From Octopus vulgaris (taxonomy: Eukaryota), in contig OX597830.1 in NCBI GenBank assembly GCA_951406725.2, positions 10,168,001 through 10,232,000 of the forward strand: a stretch of 64,000 bases of DNA, in the 5' to 3' direction. The position numbers were made by a program, and so were the translations under genes. How positions within the stretch are numbered: the stretch's first letter is position 1; each line of letters begins with the position of its first letter. Positions 28,002 to 41,629 of this stretch are shown piece after piece. The notes under the pieces are model-generated. The model worked only from the letters and a program-made list of their open reading frames with translations, did not search any database and had not been told where the DNA came from.

Positions 28002-28099
28002 ATATACATGTTTTCTCATAAGAATCGGATTTGGATTAATATTCTTTAAATACAAACAATATATATTTATACATGCACATATGTGTGAGTGAATATATA

Positions 28100-28104
28100 T
28101 ATGG

Positions 28105-28142
<38 letters not shown>

Positions 28143-28615
28143 GTGCATACATGTATATATATGCATACATATATACATGCATATATATGTGCATACATAT
28201 GTATATATGCATACATATATACATGCATATATATATATATATATATAATATATATATATGTGCATACATGTATATATATGCATACATATATACATGCATA
28301 TATATGTGCATACATATGTATATATGCATACATATGTGCATACATATGTATATATGCATACATATGTGCATACATATGTATATATGCATACATATGTGCA
28401 TACATATGTATATATGCATACATGTATATATGCATACATATATACATGCATATATATGTGCATACATATGTATATATGCATGCATATATACATGCATATA
28501 TATACATGCATATATATATATGTGCATACATCTATATACATGCATATATATATACATGCATATATATATATATATGTGCATACATCTATATATATGCATA
28601 TATATATATGTATAT

Positions 28616-28662
<47 letters not shown>
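28100..28662. repeat. Complex TA-derived minisatellite (includes a 30-bp unit atgtatatatgcatacatatgtgcatacat)
   Basis: Direct reading. Confidence 0.9.
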
Positions 28663-28664
<2 letters not shown>

Positions 28665-29190
28665 TAAAAACAGTAAGATAACAAAAGTAAGAAAGAGACC
28701 TCAATATTATGTAAATAGAGGGAATTTCGGGGGGGGGGGAGGCATATGTATATTCATTTTTTGTATATGCGGGTATGTACATATATGGGTGTGTGTGTAT
28801 AAGTGCATAAGGGTATGTCCGTATATGAACGTGGTTTTTATGCTTTGTATATTTCCTTATGTTTCTTTCTGTTACCTTTAACCATTTTTTTTCTTGTGCT
28901 TGTGCGTATATAGACATATGTATGAACTTTTACGGTACGCGTGTGTGTATGTATGAGTTTGTATATATATGCGTATATATTTGGCGAAAAATGCGAGTGA
29001 AGATGTGTACGTTTTCATAGTGACGTATAAGTACGCACGTAGGTCCGCGAGCGTACATGTGAGCGTATGACTAGCCATGTTTACGTGTTTACTATGAAAT
29101 TTTAATCTTAATTTATATAAGTAGCAGAATTATAACACAGTAATTTCTCCTTATATAACGGTATTTTTTCATAGCGTTTTTCAGATGACC

Positions 29191-29253
29191 AGATAACCGA
29201 AGAGATGGTGTTGTGGATTTCCACTTCGGCTTCTGAAACTCAGAGTTTTATCT
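29191..29253 (+). ncRNA. Hammerhead-like motif with U4C core variant
   Basis: AGATAA-CCGAAGA-...GTGGATTTCCAC...TTCT-GAAA-CTCAGAG-TT-TTATCT. Perfect 6-bp stem I, CTC/GAG stem III, GUU triplet; base of stem II imperfect. Confidence 0.6.
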
Positions 29254-29294
29254 TGACTATTGAGTAATTGTAACATATTATATATATATATATA

Positions 29295-29327
<33 letters not shown>

Positions 29328-29334
29328 GGCGGCG

Positions 29335-29656
29335 CCTTGTGTCTTCTACTAAAGCCTCGGGCCGACCAAAGCCTTGTTAATGCAAACGATAAACGGAAAC
29401 TGAAAGAAGCCCATCGTATAGGTGTGTGTGTAATATATATATATATGTGTGTGTGTGTATGTGTGTCTGTTTTTCCCCTCACCATCGCTTGACAACCGAT
29501 GCTGGTGTCTTACGTCTCCGTAACTTAGCGGTTTGTCAAAAGAAACCGATAGAATAACTACAAGGCTTACAAAGAATAAGCTCTGGAGTCGACTTGCTCG
29601 ACTAAGGGTGGTGCTCCAGCTTGGCTGCAGTCAAATGACTGGAACAAATAAAAGAA
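29335..29656 (+). mobile_element. SINE family A, 5' truncated
   Basis: Homology to family A. Confidence 0.8.
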
Positions 29657-29861
29657 TCCCTTCACATTTAAATGGTGGCTTCAAAAAATACTTTCAACAT
29701 TAGGTTTTCTAAGTCAGCAATTTTTTTTTAAAGATAAAATCATTGTTTTTTTTTTATGAGAAACTGATTTGGATTTATATCTTCTCTTCACACAATATAC
29801 ATAGAAAGCAAAATACACTTCTAATTCGAACTAGATGTACTTATACACAAAGCTCAATATA

Positions 29862-30491
29862 ATCTTTTCTACTCTAGGTACAAGGCCCGAAATTTTGGGG
29901 GAGGGTGCCAGTCGATTGGATCGACCCCACTACGCAACTCATACTTAATTTATCGACCCCGAAAGGATGAAAGGCAAAGTCGACCTCGGCTGAATTTGCA
30001 CTCAGAACGTAAAGACAGACTAAATACCACTAAATATTTTGCCCAGCTTCCTAAGGTTTCCGCCAGCTCGCCGCCATAATAATAATAATAATAATAATCT
30101 TTTCTACTCTAGGCACAAGGCCCGATATCTTTGGGGATAGGGCCAGTCGATTAGATCGAGCCCACTACGCAACTGATACTTAATTTATCGACTCCGAAAG
30201 GATGAAAGTCGACTTCGGCGGAATTTGAACTCGGAACGTAGCGGCAGACGAAATACCTATTTCTTTACTACCCACAAGGGGCTAAACACAGAAGGAACAA
30301 ACAAGAACAGACAAACGGATTAAGTCGATCATATTGATCCCCAGTGCGTAACTGGTACTTATTTAAGCGACACCGAAAGGATGAAAGTCAAAGTCGACCT
30401 CGGCTGAATTTGAACTCAACACGTAACGGTAGACGAAATACCGCTAAGCATTTCGCCCGGCGTGCTAACGTTTCTGCCAGCCCACCGCCTT
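29862..30491 (-). mobile_element. SINE family B copies (29862-30075; dimer 30097-30491)
   Basis: Homology to family B. Confidence 0.85.
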
Positions 30492-30598
30492 ACAAAGCTC
30501 AATATGTTTATACACATTAGATGCATGCAATATATGTCTGTGGGTTGCGTGTATGTGTGTGCGTGTATGTTTATGTATGTGTGCGTGGGTGTGTGTAG

Positions 30599-30637
<39 letters not shown>

Positions 30638-31257
30638 GTTATTTATAAGGAATTATCAATCCAGGTAAAATACTTCACAAGCTCTCTGTTAATAAAAATA
30701 CACCAGACAAACAAAAGCCTTCGGATTTGTTTAGAATTCCAGGTAATCCTAAAGCAAGAATCGAATATGAAGTCCATCCCCGATTGATTTTGTAAATCCA
30801 TGGTTGCATTCTCCAGTTAATCCGTTTTTCTTTTCTTTCACAAAGTAAGTTTACGAGAAAAAACATAAATATTGGTTTTTAGATCTTTTCTTATGAGTGC
30901 ATCGTAGACTTAGTTCTTTCTGATATACATAACAGATGCGCTTATTGTTCCGTTTACTCATTCCGTCGATTTATCGATTGAAATATTGAATGACATTAAC
31001 AAATAGTATCATCTTCGGAGCATGTACACATCTAAAATGTAAATACGAAACAGCTGTAAGTCAAAGACGTGCAAATAAAGAAATATGTAAAGCCCATTCT
31101 TTACGCCTTTTCTTACATAATAAATAATGCGTGTGTGTATTTAAGAATGTATATATAAGCACGTGACTAAAGCATACGCATACAGAAAATGCTTACGTAT
31201 ATATTACGTCACTTGAAACCTTTGAGGTCTTTCAGTTGGTGTTCTGATTCCTTTTGG

Positions 31258-31470
31258 TTTCAAATTTTGGCAGCAGGCCTGCAATTTCTGGAGGAGGAGC
31301 TAGGTCAATTATTTCGACTCTCATGCGCAACTGGTACTTATTTTATCGACCCCAAAAAGAATGAAAGGCAAGCCGACCTTTACGTAATTTGAACTTAGAA
31401 CCTGATGACGGACGAAATACAGTTAAGCATTTTTTCCGGCGTGCTAAGGATTCTGTCCGCTCGCCGCCCT
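31258..31470 (-). mobile_element. SINE family B, diverged
   Basis: Homology to family B. Confidence 0.7.
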
Positions 31471-31587
31471 AAATAATATATTCCCTCACACACACAAACA
31501 CACATATATATGTATCGTATATATACATCTATACATTGTGTGTCTGTGTATATATATAGAGAGAGAGATATAGATAGATAGATATAT

Positions 31588-31749
31588 ACTACAGGCTTCT
31601 TTCAGTTTCTGTTTACCAAATCCACTCACAAAGCTTTGGTAGCCCCGAGGCTATAGTCGAAGACACTAGCCCAAGATGCCACGCAGTGGGACTGATCCCA
31701 GAGCCATGCCGTTGGGAAACAAGCTTTTTACACAGACACGCCAGCGCCT
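31588..31749 (-). mobile_element. SINE family A, 5' half
   Basis: Homology to family A. Confidence 0.8.
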
Positions 31750-32192
31750 ATTACCAGTGACGTGCTATCAATGAAATTCTTTCGCATTTGTTTCCTTATT
31801 CTTTTTCGGTTTTTTTGTGGGGGGCAGGGTTTACACCAGAAATCAGTATTCCCAAAAGGATCACGTGTGGTTTTCAAACATGCAATGTTTGATGGAATGA
31901 AGGAAGAATTCCCATATTCCAAGATCTCCGGCTACTTTGGGAATTCACCTTAACCAATGTTTCCGTCTCCTCTGATGTAAACTTCGGTCACAATCGCGGC
32001 CATGGGTTTATGAAAATGACGAATTTTCCACTTGGTTGTGAACCGTTTGATGAACCATTGTCCGTTCCGTAGAGATAAACAAACATCGTATACACATTTT
32101 TAGTCTGCTTATAGTGATGCTTCGTAATATTTAGACATATTTCTCTTCATCTGAATACGATGTGTTCTGCATAACATTCGATAGATAGGTAA

Positions 32193-32224
<32 letters not shown>

Positions 32225-32257
32225 GTAGAATATACATACTTAAACACACATACACAG

Positions 32258-32314
<57 letters not shown>

Positions 32315-32392
32315 TAAGGGTAGAAATTGATATTTATCAATTAAGACCAGTGGTCTAGCATATTAAAAAAGAATCCGAAGATTAAAATATTT

Positions 32393-32594
32393 ATATATAC
32401 CAATTAAGGACTGAACAAGAAAAGGGACAGTCAACATGCTAGATATAGACGTCAAATCGCCATTCACCACAAAAGATTATGTTCTCTGAGTTTGATCTGA
32501 GAACATAATCTTTTGTGGTGAATGGCGATTTGACGTCTATATCTAGCATGTTGACTGTCCACTTTTCTTGTTCAGTCCTTAATTGGTATATATA
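32393..32594. repeat. Near-perfect fold-back (about 94-bp arms, 12-nt loop) within a TA-embedded element starting at about 32315
   Basis: Arms 32393-32486 and 32499-32594 differ by about one indel. The left flank resembles 23215-23320 and the reverse complement of 3285-3380. Confidence 0.92.
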
Positions 32595-33436
32595 TATATA
32601 TATATATAACCACACAAATACATCTGCCACAAACTCGTATACATACATACACGCACACATATATGTATATACTTATGCATACATACATACACGTAGACAA
32701 ACTCGCACATTGACAATGACGGTTATATTCAAATTACCAAATCATAGACATACAGTCACAAATACTGTATGCCTATGCAGCCAAGTATTCGTATAAAGCT
32801 ACGGAAACGATATTGCGACGATCAGTTTATTGTAAAATCCATCATCGTCAGATTCTGTGCATCCATATTTTCTTTTCTTCAAATATTCGGTAACGTTCGC
32901 TTAACAATTATGATAAATATCCATGCAGATATGGAAATGCATTTATTCCATAACATTTGACGTCACTTCACTATGTAATTCTTTGAGCATCAAAACGTTA
33001 CATTTCTATGTGAAAATCTACGTAACTGCAAAGGATTAAAAGAGTAAAGGCGACAGCCTGGCAGGAATGGAGACGGAATGAACTGAATGTCTCACTACAA
33101 TTTAAATTAAATATTCGTTTCCGTACATTCCGTGTTCAAATAGCAAACGCTTCAAACATCACTTCTATCCACCATTTTTGATGAGTTAAAAGTCATATTT
33201 CCAACGTACCGGGTATACAAGGTAACGTCTTTATTTGAAATCAAAAGCACAGGCTAAGCAAGATGAACAGCATGAAGGAAAATATTCTTTAATAATTTCT
33301 GTTTCCGCTTCTGCTTTATTCATTGATTCATATATTTATTTTTACAGTCGCCAATTCAACCATCAAGATGGTTCACTCGCTAAATCGAGTTTATGCCACA
33401 GGATAAACAAGAAATCAATACTGATTATAAATATTT

Positions 33437-33792
33437 CTTGCTAACCAACCACATGGTTCCGGGTTCAGTCCCACTGCGTGGCATCTTGGGCAAGTGTCTT
33501 CTGCTATAAACCCGGGCCGACCAATGCTTTGTGAGTGGATTTGGTAGACGGAAACTGAAAGAAGCCTGTCGTATATATGTATATATATGTATGTATGTGT
33601 GTGTTTGTGTGTATTTGTCCCCCTAGCATTGCTTGACAACCGATGCTGGTGTATTTACGTCTCCGTCACTTAGCGGTTCGGCAAAAGAGACCGATAGAAT
33701 AAGTACTGGGCTTACAAAGAATAAGTCCCGGGGTCGATTTGCTCGACTAAAGGCGGTGCTCCAGCATGGCCGCAGTCAAAAAACTGAAACAA
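33437..33792 (+). mobile_element. SINE family A
   Basis: Homology to family A. Confidence 0.85.
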
Positions 33793-33892
33793 GTCTGTCA
33801 AAGAGTCATAAGTATTTACTCATACGTACATACATACATACATATATATATATACATACATACGTATTTACGTACGTACGTACGTCTGCTGT

Positions 33893-34330
33893 TACTTTAT
33901 CCAGAATATAAGTTCCGGTTTAAACCTGTAATTATTAGGGCCCTGGAATATGTAACATACTGCCTAAAGAACGATCTTGAGAAATTAAGCTTCTCAAAAC
34001 CCAGAAAAGGGAAAGCTAACTCGAAGACTACAGATCCAATCCATCACAGGAACTATAAATATCTGTAAAAGTTTGCAGAAGTTTATCATTTAAATATATA
34101 TCAACATGTCTAGATGTGCAACTGTATGCATGAGAATACATACATAAAACAAAACACAAATTTGCACATATACATACATCCGTACATACATACATACATA
34201 CATACACACAAACAAAAATACTCTGTTGTTGATGTTGAAATTCCAATGAACGAGACTTTGATCTAGGTTAGAAACCGGTTCTTTCTCTATTGGCAAGAAA
34301 TCTTGAAAGAAAACTTAACAATGACATACT
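33893..34330 (+). mobile_element. 3' end of the same RLE LINE family as 52560-53375
   Basis: LLYPEYKFRFKPVIIRALEYVTYCL; nucleotide match ctacagatccaatccatcac...aagtttatcattt. Confidence 0.75.
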
Positions 34331-34461
34331 TACCCACTTATACATACATACATGCATAACTTCGAAGTCACTGTCAGACTTTTCCTTGCGAAACGTGTAG
34401 TCTATTAAAGAGTAATGCGTAGTCCTTTAGCTTAATATTAAATTGCTTATTTTATATAACT

Positions 34462-34780
34462 GGCACTGTCAATTACGACGACGAGTGTTTTAGTTGATCT
34501 GATCAACGGAACAGCCTGCTCGTGAAATTGACGTGCAAGTGGCTGAGTACTCCAAAGACACGCAACCTTTCACGTAGTTTTCAGGGAGATTCAGCGTGAC
34601 ATGGACTGTGTCAAGGATGGCCCTTCAAATACGGTTATCACTCATTTTTGCCAGCTGAAAAGATTGGGACAATGAGAAATATAAAGTTTCTTGCTCAGGG
34701 AAAGAATGTGCCACCGGTAATCGAACCCACGACCTTAATGATCGTGGCCCGAATACACTAACCGCTTGGCCATGCGTCTT
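34462..34780 (-). mobile_element. tRNA-derived SINE (head 2 + tail 1)
   Basis: Head GACGCATGGCCAAGCGGTTAG...GGTTCGATTACC, CORE-like CCCTGAGCAAG; tail shared with 3441-3600. Confidence 0.7.
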
Positions 34781-34819
34781 CGAAAGTTGACATAAAAAGA
34801 AACATTTGTGTGAATCAAG

Positions 34820-35012
34820 ATGGCGAGCTGGCAGAGTCGTTAGCGCGCCGAGAAAAATACTTAACGGCATTTCATCCTTCTTTAGGTTCTGAGTTCGAAT
34901 GTGCCAGAGACAACTTTGCCGTTCCTCCTTTCGAGATCGATAACATAAGTACCAATTGAACACAGAGATTGATGCAATTTACTAGTTCCACCCCACCGAA
35001 GATTTGAAACCA
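34820..35012 (+). mobile_element. SINE family B, diverged
   Basis: Homology to family B. Confidence 0.7.
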
Positions 35013-35479
35013 ATATAGGTGAGTGAATATGTACGTCTGCATCTGTGCCTATGCATGTGTCCTGATTATGACTTTAAACTACATCCACTTAAGGGTCCCT
35101 GGTTCAAGAGTTTCAAGATTTTAAGGACTGTGGAATCACCTCGTAGTCATTATTGTTCCCAGGTCTTCCAAGCCCGGAACTGTAGCTCTTGTCCGGGTCC
35201 CAGCTGTTGGTTAATTGTCGTATTAGGGCTTGCCTACCTTTACATGTGAAAACTGGATCCGGCGGACTCTGCAGAAGGAATCGTTGTTCGTCACTGGATT
35301 GAAGAGGGTCAGATCCCCCTGTCATGCTTAAGGATGACTGAATGTCCTCATCGCTCCGACGGACGAACATAGCCGCCGTCACTTGCAAGTGAGTAACACT
35401 TGCGAGCATGTCCCATGCTTTCGCTTAATTGTTTTAACTTATGAGCAAAGACATTCACTCACTCTATATACGGGTTCGT

Positions 35480-35940
35480 AAATATACTGCAGCCAACTGG
35501 ACCAAATGATGCAGAAACTTACAAAAAATAGCCCAGATTAGTCAAAAGACCCACTCCTATTTTATCGCAAGACAATGCCAGACCACACATCGCAAAAATG
35601 ACATTGGCAAAACTACGTGAGTTGGAGTTGGAAGTTCTCCATCATCCACCATACTCACCTGATGTTGTCTCCAATGACAACCACTTCTTCCAGAATTTGG
35701 ATAACTTTTTGATAGGAAATATATTTAATTCCAACGACGCTATAAAACAGGCCTTCCAAACTTTTATTGACTCTAGATTGCCAGGCTTTTACAGTTCCGG
35801 GCTGGACAAGTTACTGCTGAAATGGCAAAAGTGTATTGACAATATGGGTGCATCCTCTGAGGAATAAAACTATTCTTGTATTTATAAAACATTAGCCAAT
35901 CTTTTCTTCTTTTCCTCAAATTTCATACTTGACGACCTAA
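35480..35940 (+). mobile_element. mariner transposon 3' fragment (transposase C-terminus plus right TIR)
   Basis: QDNARPH...LHHPPYSPDVVSNDNHFF (mariner YSPDLAPxD motif, decayed); ends ATACTTGACGACCTAA|TA. Confidence 0.85.
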
Positions 35941-35959
35941 TATAACATATGATAACTTC

Positions 35960-37121
35960 ATTTATCAAAAAAATGCTATGTGGATAAAAATAAACCTTCT
36001 TTTCTATAATGTTATTCAATAAAGCCACCTTCAACTTCAACAACTGCTTCTATATGAAATCTAAATTATGTATATGCTCGAATCAAGTGGTCCTGGTTCA
36101 TTTTGGACATTGCTCTAACTATGACAGCTTTCAAAGAGTCTGTGGTGTTATGGGCATGTTCATTGACCTCTCTCTCAACAACACTCCACATGTGATAGTC
36201 CAATGGATTGACATCTGGGGAATTAGAAGGCCAAATATTAAGGGTTATGTGATCATGAAAATTTTCAGCCATCCATTCCTGTGTTACTAGAACCATGTAT
36301 GTAAGTGCAGAGTCTTACTGAAACACATAAGGCTTTCAATTGCATACACTGTTTATCCAGGGCTTAACAATTATTTCCAGGACTTCAATATAGGCGACAG
36401 GATTAACTCTAAGGTGGAAAGAAGTAAGGAGGCGTCACATATATTTCATTGCTGACAACCTCTAAAATCATGACAGTTGCAGGAAATTTTGTATGCATAA
36501 CACTTGGAACTTCAGAAGAGTCTGCACATGATCATCTGTCAGTTCTGTTGACTTTTTGATCTTAGTCGAAGTTTTTCTCCTTTGAGAAAAACCAAACCAA
36601 ATCAAACCTTCTGGATTTTTTAGTTTCTTTAAGAGCCTTTTAGATCTGATGTAGTGATTTTATTTTGCTTTTTCTGACAAACAGACTTTTTCTCATCATA
36701 TAGCACTTACATCTGATGTCTTCGTGGACAACATTTCTGACTTCCTTCTGACACAGAGATCTTTTGCAATTTACCTCATGGATTTTCTGGGATCGTAATC
36801 AATGGTCTTTTGAACTTGCTGGATAAATCCAAGTGTTCTGATGATTTCAGAGCGTTTAGAATGCTTTTTATGCTTTGATACTGGTGATACGTTTCCATCT
36901 TCAAATTTTGTAAACGAAAGATCGGGCAACTTTTAAAACTCGCGATATTTCTAAATCGCTATTCTCAGCTTTTATAACCAAAATAACAGAGTGCCTCTTC
37001 ATTTCTTTAGTAATCTGAAGCTCTGCCATTATCATTTTCTGAAACAAAGATTATACAGGGTTAACAAAAATTGCAACAATGACCCAAATATGCTATGTCC
37101 TCAAATGCCTTACACACCCTG
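35960..37121 (-). mobile_element. Decayed maT/Tc1-superfamily (DD37D-like) transposon
   Basis: WPSNSPDVNPLDYHMWSVVE...AVVEVEGGFIE on the minus strand with upstream frameshifted transposase sequence; terminus TA|CAGGGTGTG at 37121. Confidence 0.75.
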
Positions 37122-37226
37122 TACATGCATACATATGCATGTATATATACGCACAAATACACACACATACACACACTTATATATGTAAGTGTGTGTGAGC
37201 TCATGTATGTGTATAATTATATTAAT

Positions 37227-37260
<34 letters not shown>

Positions 37261-37424
37261 GTATACACACACACACACACACATGTCCTTGGACTTTTTC
37301 CTTCTCCGGACCTTTGCTTTCTCCTTTTGGCGCCAAGCTAAAGCATTCCATATGTAAGTCCTTTTGACTTTTGTTGTTTAGTAATTTTTGGTTTTTAATT
37401 TTTAATTTTCATTTCCCTGTATAC

Positions 37425-37780
37425 AGGCGCAGGTATGTCTGTGTGGTAAGAAGCTTGCTTCTCAACCTCGTGGTTCCGGGTTCAGTCCCACTCTGTGGCA
37501 CCTTGGGCTAGTGTATTTTACTATAGCCTCGGGCCGACTAAAGCTTTGTGAGTGAATTTAGTATGTGTGTGTGTTTGCATGTGTGCGTGTGTGTGTGTGT
37601 TTCTTGGCAATCGATGATGGTGTCTTTACGTCCCCGTAACTTATCGGCTCGACTAAAGAAAGCATTAGAATAAGTACTAGGCTTACAAAGAATAAGTCCT
37701 GGTGTCGATTTATTCGTCTAAAGGTGGTGCTCCAGCATGGTCGCAGTCAAATGACTGAAATAAGTAAAAGATCAAAAGAA
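37425..37780 (+). mobile_element. SINE family A
   Basis: Homology to family A. Confidence 0.85.
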
Positions 37781-38264
37781 TATAAATATATGTGTGTATG
37801 TGTAGTTGTATGTGTATATGCATCTAGATACGCCGAGTGCGTGTGTGTGTTTGTGTGTGTGAACATGTGTGTTGTTTGAACCTGTATAAGTGATTTGTAA
37901 TTTGAACCAGCCATAGTATAATAAAAATCTATTTCTCTTTAGTTATGTTATTCGTACCCGAGAGGGAAGATATTCGAGCCTTTCTTTTGTATTTCGCCTT
38001 CAATTAGAAATCAATCTGAAACAGACTGAGTGAAAGAAAGGATGAATTAATATTTGCGTTCTTCACACAATATCACAAATATTTTTGTTTCTTTTTATTT
38101 TCAGAATAAATCAGTCGGTGTTTGATTCTAGTATTCCCAGTATAATTACTGGTATTTGTGTTATTTTGTTTCTTTTTGTTTAAATATTTATATAGTTTTG
38201 AAAAGATGTAAGTGAAGTTTAAATCGATACAATATGAATATAGACAAACGGGACTATGAAATAA

Positions 38265-38420
38265 GTATACGGGTTTCCTACAGTTTCTCTCTACCATATC
38301 CACTCACAAGGATTTGGTCGGCCCTCGGCTATACTAGAAAACACTTCTTTATGATGCCACGCAGTGAGACTGAACTCGGAACCATGTAGTTAGAAAGCAA
38401 ACTTGTTACCACATATATCC
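38265..38420 (-). mobile_element. SINE family A, diverged 5' half
   Basis: Homology to family A. Confidence 0.7.
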
Positions 38421-39074
38421 CTGTGTGTTTGTGTATGTGCGTGTGGTGTATGTGTGAGTGCATGTATATGAGTATGTGCATCAGTGTGTGTGATTGTGTA
38501 TGTGAGAAGTGTTCTATACTTCTAATAGAACTTAGCAGCCTCATGCCATAGGTTTCATGCGAATATATTTGCAGTTATTTAAGCGATAGTTGAAAATATA
38601 CGATAACTCCACAATTGGCAAATTAATTCAGATATTTTCTTCGTAACAGTGAGACAAAAGTATTTCTAAAACAACCACAGTGGCCATGAACAGCCTGACG
38701 AGTAAAAACCAATAGTCCTTAAATAAATACCTTTTTCTTTACTACTAGTTCATGGTTCATAAGATCTTGCGCTATCCGTAAGCCTACGAAAGCCCTGCCA
38801 GAGTTGTCACTCATTATCCAAACTCCGAGCCAATAATTGCCAATACATTCTCAAGAAATGTATGGTGCAAATTTGTTGATTTCTATTAAAAGAATATTTA
38901 CACACTTCGCCATGAGATATTGATGGCCACTACCGCTAACTCATCATTAATATGTCTAGATGTGTATGCATTCACACGCCTGCACACATACGTATGTATC
39001 TAAGTGTATATATGTATCTACTATATACGTGTGCGTGTATGTGCTTGCGTATATATGTGTGTATATGCATATTC

Positions 39075-39285
39075 TTATTATTTTACTTGTTTCAGTTATT
39101 TGACTGCGGCCATGCTGGAGCACTGCCTTTAGTCGAACAAATCGACCCCAGGACTTATTCTTTGTAAGCCTATTATTTATTCTATTGTTCTCTTTTACTG
39201 AACCGTTATGTTACGGGCACATAAACACACAAACATCGTTTGTCAAGCGATGGTGAGGGGACAAACACAGACACACAAATACATA
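39075..39285 (-). mobile_element. SINE family A, 3' half
   Basis: Homology to family A. Confidence 0.8.
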
Positions 39286-39296
39286 ATACATATAAT

Positions 39297-40748
39297 ATCG
39301 AAATAGCTTTTGATAGCCTTCACCGAGATACACTTTGGAAGGTTCTCAGTCATTATGGTCTCCCACACAAATTAGTGAAGATTGTTCGTTTATTGTATGA
39401 AAACTTCAAATGTGAAGTTACACACAACAAACTGACAGATCAGCTCGAAATCAAAACTGGAGTCAAACAGGGGTGCGAGCTATCACCAATCTTATTTTCA
39501 TTGGCAGTGAATTGCTTAATGCAAAGAACGACAGAAGAATATAAACGATGTATAGAATGGAACACAACTCAACTAAAAGATTTAGATTGTGCAGACAACA
39601 CTTGTTTGTTCTCATACACGCCTCAAGAGTTACAAGACAAATCTGAGAGACTTTGTCAAAAAGCCAACACCATAGGTCTCAAGATCAACGAGAAGAAAAC
39701 GTATACGCTTTACTCTTTTACTCGTTTCAGTCATTTGAATGTGGCCATGCTGGAGCACCGCCTTTAGTCGAGAGCAAATCGACCCCAGGACTTATTCTTT
39801 GGAAGCCTAGTACTTATTCTATCGGTCTCTTTTGCCGAACCGCTAAGTTACGGGGACGTAAGCACGCCAGCATCGGTTGTCAAGCGATGTTGGCGGACAA
39901 ACACAGACACACAAACACACACACACATATATACATATATACGACGGGCTTCTTTCAGTTTCCGTCTACCAAATCCACTCACAGGGCTTTGGTCGGCCCG
40001 AAGCTATAGTAGAAGACACTTGCCCAAGGTGTCACGCAGTGGGAATGAACCCGGAACCATGTGGTTGGTAAGCAAGCTACTTACCACACAGCCACAAATA
40101 TATAACAGATGCTGACGATGTGACTTTGAACGACAAACCAATCGCAAATGTTGAAGAATTTAACTCTCGAGGTACCAAAATAACAATGGATGGCGACTGC
40201 ATTCATGAAATAAACACAAGAATCAGCAAAACCATCCAATTATTCAGTCTGCTAAACTGAATATGGAAATCATTAATACTCAGGAAAAACGCCAAAATGT
40301 GATTTTAGAAAAACAACACACATGGATCGGAATTTTGGAAAACAACCAAAAGTATTGAAAACAAATTGGAGGTGTTTCAAAATAAATGGTCACGTAAAAT
40401 TTTGAAGGTCTACTGGCCGAATATGATCTCGAATAGCCAACTACACACCAAGGCTAACGTGAAACAAATAAGAGAAATTATTGAAGCAAGGAGATGGAAA
40501 TGGCTGGATCGAGTTTGTCGCTATAAACTGAACTCAATTGTCAGGATCGCTTTGCAATGGTTTCCACAAGGTAAAAAGAAGACGTGGCCAACCAAAGGAA
40601 ACGTGACGGAGAACAATAACAAAAGATCTTAAAAGCAAAGGGTTAGCAATGGAACAAGCTGTCAAGGACGCTCTTAGTGTTAGAAGGTGGAATGTTCTTG
40701 CTGTCGCATCAAGTGCCACAAGGCACAATGAGAACCAAATGAATGAAT
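39297..40748 (+). mobile_element. 5'-truncated RTE-like LINE (reverse transcriptase to 3' end), interrupted by a SINE
   Basis: AFDSLHRDTLW...GVKQGCELSPILF...LDCADNTCL...GLKINEKKT, continuing after 40095 with KLEVFQNKWSRKILKVYWPNMISN...RRWKWLDRVCR; ends in (TGAA)n. Confidence 0.85.
39708..40095 (-). mobile_element. SINE family A inserted in the RTE LINE
   Basis: Homology to family A; the LINE reading frame resumes after it. Confidence 0.88.
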
Positions 40749-40749
40749 A

Positions 40750-40784
<35 letters not shown>

Positions 40785-41629
40785 TGTTATACATGTTACG
40801 ATATTTGACCCCAAATATATCCGAATTACCGAAAACAAAATATGAAAAAGCAAATGAAATTACTTGAAATTTCCTAACCCTTGTTAACCATTGAAGAAGC
40901 AGAACAATAACAAACAGTTTTTCCTTTCATTTTGAGCGAAAATGGTGGCAGCAATTTTCTGCGATCCCTGCTTCGGGTTACATTTTGTTGCTTCAAACAG
41001 CGCTTTTCTTCCTCATTGTTTGCCTTGATCCTTTTTGGTATCCTTTCTTTCTTTCTTTGTCTTTGTCTTTCTCTCTCCCTCTCCCCCTCTCTCTCTCTTT
41101 CTCACCCTCACCATCTCTTTATTTCTTTCCCTATATTTTTCTCCACCCATCTTGTATGTTTGTTTATCCTTTCATTTTCCTTCTCTAATTTCTGTATTTT
41201 CGTTCCAGCCGACTGATAAAAACCATAATGTGTCTATATGTTTGCAAAGCTATTTGGCAAACGAAATCCTTGATAAATCGGTTAAAACTGCATAGATGTT
41301 TAGCGGGAAATACAGCAGCGCATGATCATAAGAAAGTCTCTTTGAATAAATATTTCAATGATGATAAACAACAGATACCGCATATTGAAACAATGATCAA
41401 ACACCAACATTTCAAAAGGCATACCGTAGTTATGATTACCCTGTACGATCATTGATGTATGATATTAAAACGCATCATTAATGCCAAGTAGATTATCCAT
41501 AGTTTAATGGATTATATGATTGTATTATGAGGGTCGTGTCTCTCTATTGGAGAATAACTAAACACTGCTATACTTTGTCTGCCTTGTTTGAATATGCATA
41601 AATGGAATAAATATGAGAGAGCGATGCAG

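Noticed and set aside
31402-31420. CTGATGA-CGGAC-GAAA hammerhead-like string
   Set aside because: It is a mutated piece of SINE B (consensus gaacgtaaagacggacgaaatac) and has no stems I or III.
38690-38810. CTGACGA-GTA...TAC-GAAA
   Set aside because: The core and a 3-bp stem II are present, but there is no valid NUH triplet or stem I pairing; possibly a fossil, not supportable.
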